Below are positions 27,672-34,830 of a DNA stretch of 50,855 nucleotides, one piece after another. The DNA lies in IMG/VR virus record IMGVR_UViG_3300033417_000013, positions 1 to 50,855 of that record; one strand, given 5' to 3'. The DNA is from a virus. The notes under the pieces are model-generated. The model saw nothing but the letters and a program-made list of their open reading frames with translations. It did no database searches and was not told the origin of the DNA. Positions within the stretch are counted from its first letter, which is position 1. Each line of letters starts with the position of its first letter. Made by a program: the position numbers and the translations under genes.

Positions 27672-27895
27672 CCAAAAAATACCGCAAACGCGACTCGCAG
27701 CACCCCAAAATTCTGCTGATCCTCACCAGTGAACAACTGGCGGCGCTGGATGCTGTGCTTGGAGACCAAGACCGCAGCGCCTTCATCCGAGACGCGCTCA
27801 AGGCGGCGTTTGACGCGATGGGTGAACACTGGCCCGATAACATGCCAACGAAGGGCCACGCGCTGAAAAGCAAATCTGAAGAAAACGTGAATTAG
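27668..27895 (+). CDS. Ribbon-helix-helix (CopG/Arc-like) protein
   Basis: ATGA overlap. LILTSEQLAALDAVLGDQDRSAFIRDALKAAF. Confidence 0.6.
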   Translation: MTKKYRKRDSQHPKILLILTSEQLAALDAVLGDQDRSAFIRDALKAAFDAMGEHWPDNMPTKGHALKSKSEENVN

Positions 27896-27898
27896 TGC

Positions 27899-27927
27899 TT
27901 GACACGTAAGCATATATATGCTATGAT
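27899..27927 (+). promoter_or_regulatory. Promoter TTGACA-17-TATGAT with palindrome GCATATATATGC in the spacer
   Basis: -35 at 27899-27904, -10 at 27922-27927. Confidence 0.65.
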
Positions 27928-27955
27928 AGAAGTATAGTAAGTTAAGGAGAACGAC

Positions 27956-28228
27956 ATGAACAGCAACGAAATCAAAACAGCAGCGGACTTCACCATGCGC
28001 GACCAGAGCAGCCAGCCCTACGCCTGGATCATGGAAGGCAGCAGCCCGGAAGCCCTGAAAGATTGCGGCAATGTCGAACAATTCGTGCGCGAATACGTTC
28101 GGGGAACTATCGCAGGGTGGTACGAACCCCACAGCGCCAGCGACACCACCGTCTACAAAGTATGGCGCTCACAGTCAGGCGAGTTTCAGCAGATCGTCAA
28201 CTACATTCGCTCAGAACACATCAGCTAG
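27956..28228 (+). CDS. Hypothetical protein (90 aa)
   Basis: AAGGAG upstream. Shares the start context AGGAGnAACGACATGAAC. Confidence 0.65.
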   Translation: MNSNEIKTAADFTMRDQSSQPYAWIMEGSSPEALKDCGNVEQFVREYVRGTIAGWYEPHSASDTTVYKVWRSQSGEFQQIVNYIRSEHIS

Positions 28229-28279
28229 ACCCCACACACGCAGCCCTGGCAGGGGCATATCAGGAGCAACGACATGAAC
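28222..28279 (+). repeat. Repeated gene-boundary element, copy A
   Basis: CAGCTAGACCCCACACACGCAGCC-hairpin-TATCAGGAGnAACGACATGAAC. Confidence 0.8.
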
Positions 28280-28666
28280 AGCACAGACCACAGCAAATTC
28301 AATGACATCTTCGGTGACGAACCACAGACCGGCGACGATGTCAGCCCGGAAGCGGCCCGCCGCGCCTCACAGATGAAACCCACCAAAATGGTTACGGTCA
28401 CAAGCTACGACACCGAACTCGGTTACATCACCGAAACCGTGCCAGAGAGTGATGTTGACGGCCCGCAAGGTTACAACGCACCAGTGCGGGTGTCAGTTCG
28501 GCAAGCAGCGGCCAGCGCAGGCGTAAGCGAACAGACCATCCTCGACATTCTGAATGACGAAACCCGCCGCAATGAAGTATTCCCAACTGCGGAACATATC
28601 ACCGAAGATCGTTGGGTACTGAGCATGGATGAGGTTGTTAAGTACGGGCTGAACAAGAACAGCTAG
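28274..28666 (+). CDS. Hypothetical protein with C-terminal HTH-like segment (130 aa)
   Basis: VSVRQAAASAGVSEQTILDIL. Confidence 0.65.
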   Translation: MNSTDHSKFNDIFGDEPQTGDDVSPEAARRASQMKPTKMVTVTSYDTELGYITETVPESDVDGPQGYNAPVRVSVRQAAASAGVSEQTILDILNDETRRNEVFPTAEHITEDRWVLSMDEVVKYGLNKNS

Positions 28667-28718
28667 ACCCCACACACGCAGCCCCGGCAACGGGGCCTAT
28701 CAGGAGAACGACATGAAC
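28660..28718 (+). repeat. Repeated gene-boundary element, copy B
   Basis: Near-identical to 28222-28279. Hairpin GCCCCGGCAACGGGGC. Confidence 0.8.
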
Positions 28719-28976
28719 GGACGCTACATCTGGAAACGCCGCAACGCCATGATCGCACGTGGCAAGCGCATTATAATGGCTCACTGGCGCAACTACACAG
28801 TGGACGGTGAACTGATTGATGACCGCCACCTCGCTCAGTGGTTCACCCGCAACATCGGCAGGTACGCCATGTGGCAGATGGGACGCAGTATCCAGCCGCA
28901 GAACGTGGATGGAATGCAGCGCAAGTTCTGGCAGGATGTGATCGCGGAATTGGAAGCGGAACACGAGATAGGGTAG
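28713..28976 (+). CDS. Hypothetical protein (87 aa)
   Basis: Same start context as the two preceding genes. Confidence 0.6.
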   Translation: MNGRYIWKRRNAMIARGKRIIMAHWRNYTVDGELIDDRHLAQWFTRNIGRYAMWQMGRSIQPQNVDGMQRKFWQDVIAELEAEHEIG

Positions 28977-28999
28977 GCCGCAAGGCCGGGAGAGACACG

Positions 29000-29323
29000 A
29001 TGTCACTACCTAAAGGTGCAAAATGTCCCGACTGTGGGAAGGCGCAATTTAGCGAGATTTCCACTGGCAGTTTAGTGCGCTGTATCTACTGCGGGAAGGC
29101 ACACCATATTGATTTATACTGGTGGCTATCGGATACCCAGCATGATGATTATATCTTTCGCTTACGAGAAGCGTTAAAGCGCAGCAAAGTCACGCAGGTA
29201 CAATTCGCCCGGATGGTGGGATGCTCGCCTTCGCATATCAACACCGTGTTTAACGGACGCAACCATTACATTTCAAAACGTATCTGGGAAGTTGCTCGGC
29301 GATATGTCAGCTATCGGAGCTAG
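29000..29323 (+). CDS. Zn-ribbon + XRE-type HTH protein (107 aa)
   Basis: KCPDCGKA...RCIYCGKA followed by VTQVQFARMVGCSPSHINTVFNG. Confidence 0.65.
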   Translation: MSLPKGAKCPDCGKAQFSEISTGSLVRCIYCGKAHHIDLYWWLSDTQHDDYIFRLREALKRSKVTQVQFARMVGCSPSHINTVFNGRNHYISKRIWEVARRYVSYRS

Positions 29324-29349
29324 AATCAAAAACGCCCCGGCAACGGGGC
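29323..29349 (-). terminator. GAATCAAAAAC-hairpin element, copy 3 (minus-strand polarity inside a plus-strand operon)
   Basis: GCCCCGGCAACGGGGC preceded by GAATCAAAAAC on the plus strand. Confidence 0.5.
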
Positions 29350-29380
29350 ATAGGCCGGGAGAGACGGGAGAGGGGAGCTG

Positions 29381-29635
29381 ATGATATTACACAATGTCAT
29401 GATCGTCGTGAATACACACTGTGTAATGCACGATATTGTCGTCACGTCGGCAGAATTCAGAACAGCAGCAGGCTATGAATGGCTGGAAATACGAGGTCAC
29501 ATTGAGGGAACGGATACGCCCGTTGAGATGTGTATCAGTGACAACGAACCGTATCGGTGGGAGGGTGTCATAGGCAAGCCGGTTGAGGATTACAACTCTC
29601 GGCAATCGGAATCAAAAACGCCCGACCAGTCGTAA
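29381..29635 (+). CDS. Hypothetical protein (84 aa)
   Basis: GGAGAGGGGAG upstream. The 3' end overlaps terminator copy 4. Confidence 0.45.
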   Translation: MILHNVMIVVNTHCVMHDIVVTSAEFRTAAGYEWLEIRGHIEGTDTPVEMCISDNEPYRWEGVIGKPVEDYNSRQSESKTPDQS

Positions 29636-29645
29636 CCAGTCGGGC
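29609..29645 (-). terminator. Intrinsic terminator of the lysis operon (GAATCAAAAAC element, copy 4)
   Basis: GCCCGAC...GTCGGGC stem. TTTTTGATTC on the minus strand. Confidence 0.6.
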
Positions 29646-29666
29646 GTAATCGGGGGGATACCTAGT

Positions 29667-29699
29667 CAGCGCCTGCGGAGAACGGGCGCTGTTTTGTTT
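29667..29699 (+). terminator. Intrinsic terminator of the rightward operon
   Basis: CAGCGCC, 11 nt, GGCGCTG followed by TTTTGTTT. Confidence 0.65.
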
Positions 29700-30359
29700 C
29701 TAGCCTTTGTACGCAGACTGCCTTAGCCCATCAGCAACACCCCGTGCAATCTGTTCTGCAATCCCATCGCTTTCAATCTCAAGGGTTGCGAAGTTGGCTT
29801 CGATCAACTGCGGCTCTTCGCCCATATTGAACCATTTCGCGCCTTGAGGTCGAGCGATGATCGGAATTTTCAACCCAGAACCCAGCGCCGCATACGACAA
29901 TCCGGCTACGCCGAGCATGGCGAGTAGGGTAGTTGCGGTGTTTCCGAGCAGCGCCCCGATGTCGATGGCCCTGCCTAACACCTCTTGGAAACCAAAGATT
30001 TGTGCGATCATGTAGATGATACCGAAGGCCGCTACCAGTAGCGCCATAATTCGCTCAGTGTCCAAGACAGTATCAGGTAGCACAAACCGCGAACCGGCAA
30101 CCACGATGAAGAACAGAAATCCGATGACGATGCGAGTGTTGTTGCTCTCGATAAATTCACCCAGACCGCCAAACAGATTGTCGGCAATCGGCCCGGTATC
30201 CGGCACTTCGTCAACAGGATCAACCACTGGCGTTGGTTCCGGCGTAAGCGTCGGGGCAGGGGTCTGCGCTGACACAGACGGCAGCAACCCGAACAGCACG
30301 ACGAATAGCACCAGCGATACCACCGCAGCAGCCCGCCAGTTGATGTTGATTGAATTCAT
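29700..30359 (-). CDS. Multi-pass membrane protein (holin candidate), 219 aa
   Basis: N-terminal signal/TM, Pro/Thr linker, 3-4 further hydrophobic helices. Last gene of the lysis cassette. AGGAGA upstream. Confidence 0.6.
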   Translation of the reverse strand: MNSININWRAAAVVSLVLFVVLFGLLPSVSAQTPAPTLTPEPTPVVDPVDEVPDTGPIADNLFGGLGEFIESNNTRIVIGFLFFIVVAGSRFVLPDTVLDTERIMALLVAAFGIIYMIAQIFGFQEVLGRAIDIGALLGNTATTLLAMLGVAGLSYAALGSGLKIPIIARPQGAKWFNMGEEPQLIEANFATLEIESDGIAEQIARGVADGLRQSAYKG

Positions 30360-30409
30360 GTTTCGTTTCTCCTATTTGGCAACTACCCGGAAATTCCGAA
30401 TAGTTGAAT

Positions 30410-30511
30410 TCACCCGTTCGATTGTGTGTGATACGACAGCCACACCATCACCGCCGCCAGCGCAAACAGCAGCACCAGCAGGCCGCGCCACGTGATCGGT
30501 TCTTTGTGCAT
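30410..30511 (-). CDS. 33-aa single-TM peptide
   Basis: ATG directly abuts the TAG of the upstream hydrolase (TAGATG). MHKEPITWRGLLVLLFALAAVMVWLSYHTQSNG. Confidence 0.45.
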   Translation of the reverse strand: MHKEPITWRGLLVLLFALAAVMVWLSYHTQSNG

Positions 30512-32374
30512 CTACGCCGCCTCTTCAGTATTCAAATCTTCGAGCAGCAGCAGCGCCTGATAGCCTTGCGCGATTTTGTCGTTGGCTTCCGCCAGTGCCT
30601 TGAATCCATCCGACAGCAGCTTCCAGGCTTGTTTACGCGCTTCCTTCTCGGCATCGGTTGGCGGCGCTGGCTGCGTATCGTCATCCTCGATGGGCGGTTC
30701 TTCTTCGATGGGCGGCGGGGTCGGATCAGTGACCGGCGGGGTGGGGGGCGCAAACTGCTCACCGACACCATCAACAGCCACCGCCATCCAACCGATATGC
30801 GTCTTACCACCAGCGTCCACTTTCACACCGATGAACTGGTGATCATCGGCCTTATACAGGATGTCCAGGTACACCGCCAGCAGCGTATTGGCGCTCACGA
30901 CTATCAGTAACTTGCCGCGCTCATGATCGTACACGTTGCCTTCCAGGTCGGTGTGTTTGCCCGCCTCCAAGAATGGCGCGTCTAACAATTCGCGGGTCAG
31001 GGTCAGCAGCCGGGCTGTCCAGGCGCTGGACTCAACCGCTGGCAGCGGGGGAACCGGCGGGGCCGGGTCAGCCACTTCCGCAAAGGCCGAACCGGTGCCG
31101 AATAACGCCGTGCCTTTCGCGTCAGACACCCAGCCATTGCCTTCCCAATACCAGGGGTAGCCATTGCCCTCAGTTTTGGTGTCGGGGTACAGGTCGAATT
31201 CCGTACCGGCCTGTAGGGTGCGAATGACGCTGTTGGGTACGCGATCATCCGGCCCGTAGCGCAGATTGCGATTGCCACCAATGCGGACGCGCTTGGGGCT
31301 GCCGAGTGGCTGCGTCGGCTGAATTAAGGGGTTAGGTTGTGCGACCATCGGCGGCTTCTCAAATCTCGGCGCGTTTTGCGCCACTAATTTAGCGGTGTCA
31401 TTGTCCATGTGGAAATTCTTGACCTTCTTGTCCTGACCAATGCCGATGCAATACACCAGCACCCGTTTGCCGCGCAGCTGTTCGTTGTAACGCGCGTTCA
31501 ACTTGGCACTCAGTACCTCAGCGCTCATGCCCTCAGCATTCGGCCCGTGTTCACTGGTCAAGCCCCGGTCATAGTTGTATTCGCCCATGACGATGACCGG
31601 TGTGAATTTGAACTTATCCTCACACCGGCGCTGAATCAGATCAGCCGTGCGCAAGCCGTCCACATTGTTATCATCAAAGTAGCCGTTATTGCTGATGATG
31701 ACATTCGGGTTGTCGTAATCGCCCATATTGCGCTTGACGGCTTCCAGCAGCGGGTCAAGCACGCCACTGTTGAGGATCGCCGGGGCGGGGTGGTGAGTGG
31801 ACATCCGCAGCACGGCAAAGCGACAGCCTTTCGGCACGCCATAGTCCAACCGTTCGGCTTCCATCCGGGCGTAGTCGACTAACTCATCCGCGCCGATGTG
31901 TCCCTCGCAGTCGGTCACCACCAGCCAGCGCCGGGTGTGGTAGTTGTGCGCGATCACCAGATTATCGACAAATTCCCGGTACGGCAGTCGCCACATGCCC
32001 TTGTCGGTGTTGTCGGTTGCCCCCGGCGGTTGGTGGATCATGTGTCGCCAGACGATATGCATCGCCGGAATATGCGCCTGGATCATGAGCGCCCGCTGTA
32101 CCGCTTGCTCATATTGCGCCGCGCCCGTCAGGTTGACGTACCGCGCTTGGGATGCTTTCAGCAGTTCCAGGTAGCCGTCAGCGCCAAACCAGCGCCCATC
32201 CTCGTAGACGTTGCCCGCGAAGTTGAAGCTGAATGCCGACTCGCCGCCCGCCTGCGCTGTCACGTCCACCGCTGGTATCGCCTGGAACAGCGTGGTGTCG
32301 TCAACGCGCGGCGACATGGCTTCGATGTCGGGGATGAGTTTGATGCGTGAGAAGGGCGGGGTGTTGGGGGTCAT
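30512..32374 (-). CDS. Large cell-wall hydrolase candidate (endolysin?), 620 aa
   Basis: N-terminal ~330-aa alpha/beta region, SH3b-like segment (RYGPDDRVPNSVIRTLQAGTEFDLY...GYPWYW), Pro-rich linkers. Located in the lysis cassette. Confidence 0.4.
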   Translation of the reverse strand: MTPNTPPFSRIKLIPDIEAMSPRVDDTTLFQAIPAVDVTAQAGGESAFSFNFAGNVYEDGRWFGADGYLELLKASQARYVNLTGAAQYEQAVQRALMIQAHIPAMHIVWRHMIHQPPGATDNTDKGMWRLPYREFVDNLVIAHNYHTRRWLVVTDCEGHIGADELVDYARMEAERLDYGVPKGCRFAVLRMSTHHPAPAILNSGVLDPLLEAVKRNMGDYDNPNVIISNNGYFDDNNVDGLRTADLIQRRCEDKFKFTPVIVMGEYNYDRGLTSEHGPNAEGMSAEVLSAKLNARYNEQLRGKRVLVYCIGIGQDKKVKNFHMDNDTAKLVAQNAPRFEKPPMVAQPNPLIQPTQPLGSPKRVRIGGNRNLRYGPDDRVPNSVIRTLQAGTEFDLYPDTKTEGNGYPWYWEGNGWVSDAKGTALFGTGSAFAEVADPAPPVPPLPAVESSAWTARLLTLTRELLDAPFLEAGKHTDLEGNVYDHERGKLLIVVSANTLLAVYLDILYKADDHQFIGVKVDAGGKTHIGWMAVAVDGVGEQFAPPTPPVTDPTPPPIEEEPPIEDDDTQPAPPTDAEKEARKQAWKLLSDGFKALAEANDKIAQGYQALLLLEDLNTEEAA

Positions 32375-32751
32375 GGCAAATCGCTCAGAAATGGTGTCTT
32401 CAATTTGAACTCGCCGACAACAAGCGGCCCGGTCTCAATCATCATTGGGACATTCTCAAGGCCAGCTTCCACACAACGCTGGGCAATGCAATTGATACAC
32501 AATAGGCCCTGCCCATCGTGCGGGGCAATGACAGCCCACACATCATTCGGGACTAATATTTCAATCCAGGCATCATCCCCGTAAGGAATGCCGCAGTCAT
32601 AGCAACCATCAGCCACTGGTGTACCTTCCCAAGTAATCTCCGTTTTCGAGAACGCCTTGTCATGGGGTGGTCTATGCGGTAGAGGCATCATCGCGCCGGG
32701 GGTGATCGGTGGTGTATTAGGCATCGCGCCAAACCAATCTATCGTACTCAT
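32371..32751 (-). CDS. Cys-rich hypothetical protein (start uncertain)
   Basis: CYDCGIPY...LCINCIAQRC. ATGA overlap with the hydrolase gene. Possible starts at 32751, 32724 or 32763. Confidence 0.5.
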   Translation of the reverse strand: MSTIDWFGAMPNTPPITPGAMMPLPHRPPHDKAFSKTEITWEGTPVADGCYDCGIPYGDDAWIEILVPNDVWAVIAPHDGQGLLCINCIAQRCVEAGLENVPMMIETGPLVVGEFKLKTPFLSDLP

Positions 32752-32986
32752 AATCAAGTGCAATATCCTCGATTGGTTCCCAGTTGAGGTGGGGAGTCAT
32801 ATCAAATTTGGCATGGTGTTGCATGATTACCCTTACACACTTACCACGCATAAGCACTTGTTTCTTTGACTGTGCAAATTCATTCCAATCAAGGATGCGA
32901 CGATAACAACTTGGGCAATAAACATGATTGGACTTGTCCGCAGCGAAACGATTCCCGCACTTAATGCAATATTTTATTTCAGCCAT
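32717..32986 (-). CDS. Zn-ribbon protein (89 aa)
   Basis: YCIKCGNRF...YCPSCYRR. Confidence 0.55.
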   Translation of the reverse strand: MAEIKYCIKCGNRFAADKSNHVYCPSCYRRILDWNEFAQSKKQVLMRGKCVRVIMQHHAKFDMTPHLNWEPIEDIALDYEYDRLVWRDA

Positions 32987-33613
32987 CTAAGCCGCCGCTC
33001 CTGTACTCTCATTGCGTCCACTATCCACCGTCGCATCCTTCGCCCCGTCCGCATCCAACGGCTTGACGTTGCGCGGGGGCAGCGCCTCGGCTGGCGGCGG
33101 GGTGGGGTCGAATTTGCGGCGAATATCGGAGAGTATTGTCATCATGGTACTTTGTGTTTTCTGGATACTCTCTGCCAGCGCTTTGTAGGTTTCCTCACGG
33201 CCCTCACCTTTGTTTACAGCAGTCACCATGAAATTGCCTAAGCGCTCTTGCTGACTTTTCAACGCTTCAATGTTATCCGATTGCTGATCGGATTTAGCAT
33301 TGCCTAACTCCCACCGCGCCTCACGATTGCCTTCGTTTTTCGCCAGTGTTTCGAGGGTGATCTGCTGCGCACGTAGGGTAGTGTCGATATGGCCTAGCCC
33401 TTCCAACAGGCCCATGATGACCTGATGTTGGTTGGTGGCAAACTGGCTCGCCAGTTCTACGGTATGCCCATTGCCATTGCCGCTGGTAGATGGTCGCTTA
33501 ATCAACACATAGACCAACATCACCAGGACAATCCCCTGGATAACCATTGCCGCCGCAATCAGCGTCCCGCCTGGTGTAGCGAGTATTTCTCCGATGTCAA
33601 AACCTGGCGGCAT
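32987..33613 (-). CDS. N-terminal TM + coiled-coil + Pro-rich tail protein (208 aa), spanin-like architecture
   Basis: TAATG coupling to the receiver gene. TM LIAAAMVIQGIVLVMLVYVLI followed by ~120 aa of coiled coil. Confidence 0.6.
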   Translation of the reverse strand: MPPGFDIGEILATPGGTLIAAAMVIQGIVLVMLVYVLIKRPSTSGNGNGHTVELASQFATNQHQVIMGLLEGLGHIDTTLRAQQITLETLAKNEGNREARWELGNAKSDQQSDNIEALKSQQERLGNFMVTAVNKGEGREETYKALAESIQKTQSTMMTILSDIRRKFDPTPPPAEALPPRNVKPLDADGAKDATVDSGRNESTGAAA

Positions 33614-34047
33614 TAGAAAAAGCCCTCCGGTGGCGGGGTACTGGTGAGCGACCAATACAACCCTAGACTTTTGATGTTTTGCTGCAATGTCTCAGCAGTC
33701 ACCGGCTTACGGACATACACACTCGCGCCTAACCCAAAGCTGCGAATACGATCCTCCTGTTGGTCGGAATGGGTGAAGACCATCACCGGAATCAGTCGGG
33801 TTGCTGGTTGGGCTTGCATCTGTTCTAAAACCCACAGCCCATCGTGACCGTTGAGTTTAATATCAAGCATGACCAGCGTAGGCAGTCGCTTGGATTCATC
33901 CATCAGGTATTGAATCGCTGTCTTGCCGTCGCTAATATGTTCTACCGGGTTCGCAATCAACCCTTGCCGCAGTGCGCGAATGGTCAAGATAGCATCACTC
34001 TGACTATCTTCTACCAATAAGATCATCTCTAGGGCTTCACTGTTCAT
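33613..34047 (-). CDS. Single-domain response regulator receiver (CheY/Rcp1-like)
   Basis: ILLVEDSQSD (E13, D14), LVMLDIKL (D62), VMVFTHS (T92), YVRKPV (K114). 144 aa, no output domain. Confidence 0.85.
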   Translation of the reverse strand: MNSEALEMILLVEDSQSDAILTIRALRQGLIANPVEHISDGKTAIQYLMDESKRLPTLVMLDIKLNGHDGLWVLEQMQAQPATRLIPVMVFTHSDQQEDRIRSFGLGASVYVRKPVTAETLQQNIKSLGLYWSLTSTPPPEGFF

Positions 34048-34180
34048 CTAAGCCCCCGCTTGGCAGAGGCAGCGAACAACATATTGCATTACAATATTCC
34101 ACAGCGGTTGCCTCCATGATGGGTATGGTGGTAAGCGTGACACGCGCCGGGGTGCTGACAACATCCCGGCGTTTGTGCGT

Positions 34181-34405
34181 TTAGGTGATGCTCGAATTCT
34201 TGAAGTTCAGTGGCGTTACTGTGTCAATCCCCTTTGAATCCAGATCGCACAGATGCCATGCCATATCCGCAATCAACACTGGCTTAAAGTCGTACCCCTG
34301 CGGATCGAAGGCAATGTACTCGCCTGCCTCGATCATCACGGTATAGCCTAACGCCTTGAGTTCGCGCTGGCGTTTGTTCGTCGCCTTGATGGGTAATGGT
34401 GTCAT
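34181..34405 (-). CDS. Hypothetical protein (74 aa), first gene of the receiver-lysis operon
   Basis: GGGGGA upstream of ATG 34405. Confidence 0.5.
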   Translation of the reverse strand: MTPLPIKATNKRQRELKALGYTVMIEAGEYIAFDPQGYDFKPVLIADMAWHLCDLDSKGIDTVTPLNFKNSSIT

Positions 34406-34432
34406 GTTTCCCCCAAATACACACAATCGTCA

Positions 34433-34497
34433 TACGGTAATGATACCGTACATTAACACCCCTGTCAGCATAAGTATGTGCATTGTAACGCAATGCA
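34433..34497 (-). promoter_or_regulatory. Promoter CTGACA-17-TATCAT with two 7-bp inverted-repeat operators
   Basis: -35 at 34463-34468, -10 at 34440-34445. TACGGTA-4-TACCGTA at 34433-34450 (over the -10). TGCATTG-5-CAATGCA at 34479-34497. Confidence 0.55.
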
Positions 34498-34525
34498 AAC
34501 CGTGCGCATACCGGGGCAGGGGCGG

Positions 34526-34552
34526 GAATCAAAAACACCCCGGTATGGGGTG
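34526..34552 (-). terminator. Intrinsic terminator (GAATCAAAAAC element, copy 5)
   Basis: Minus strand: CACCCCATACCGGGGTG followed by TTTTTGATTC. Confidence 0.7.
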
Positions 34553-34559
34553 CTTTGTG

Positions 34560-34830
34560 ACAGTCGGAGGCTCTTAGTTACAGTATCCCTATGGACTTCT
34601 CAGGCAACGAATGCGCTTGTGCGCTGCGTTTCCGCCTGATCGCGCTGTACCTGCGGTGTGGGGGCCTTGCACCCTGTCGCCGGATTGCGTACCGGAGCGT
34701 TCCAGTCGCCCCCGCTGCTACGACGCAGCCAGCCTTGAGCGGGGCGATGTAAGAAGCCGGGGGGACAGCCCCGGCTACGAGTGAAGGAATAATACGTTGG
34801 ACGCGCATATCCCTGATGAACAGTATACTA
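34560..34830 (-). ncRNA. Candidate structured non-coding RNA or long structured 3' UTR (class unknown)
   Basis: No credible ORF. Nested GC-rich hairpins: 34755-34776, an 8-bp stem around 34707-34746, and CAGGC..GCCTG around 34601-34638. Ends at a strong terminator. Confidence 0.35.

Noticed and set aside
27344-28132. 262-aa minus-strand ORF
   Set aside because: It is antisense to the ParB-like and RHH genes and to a promoter region. No SD, poor composition.
34560-34830. Possible tmRNA, RNase P RNA or a known riboswitch
   Set aside because: There is no T-arm (GGTTCGA-type) or CCA end. RNase P-like strings (GAGAAGTCC, CCGGCTTCTTAC) occur in the wrong order. TPP, cobalamin and c-di-GMP consensus boxes are absent or misordered. 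The class is left unknown.
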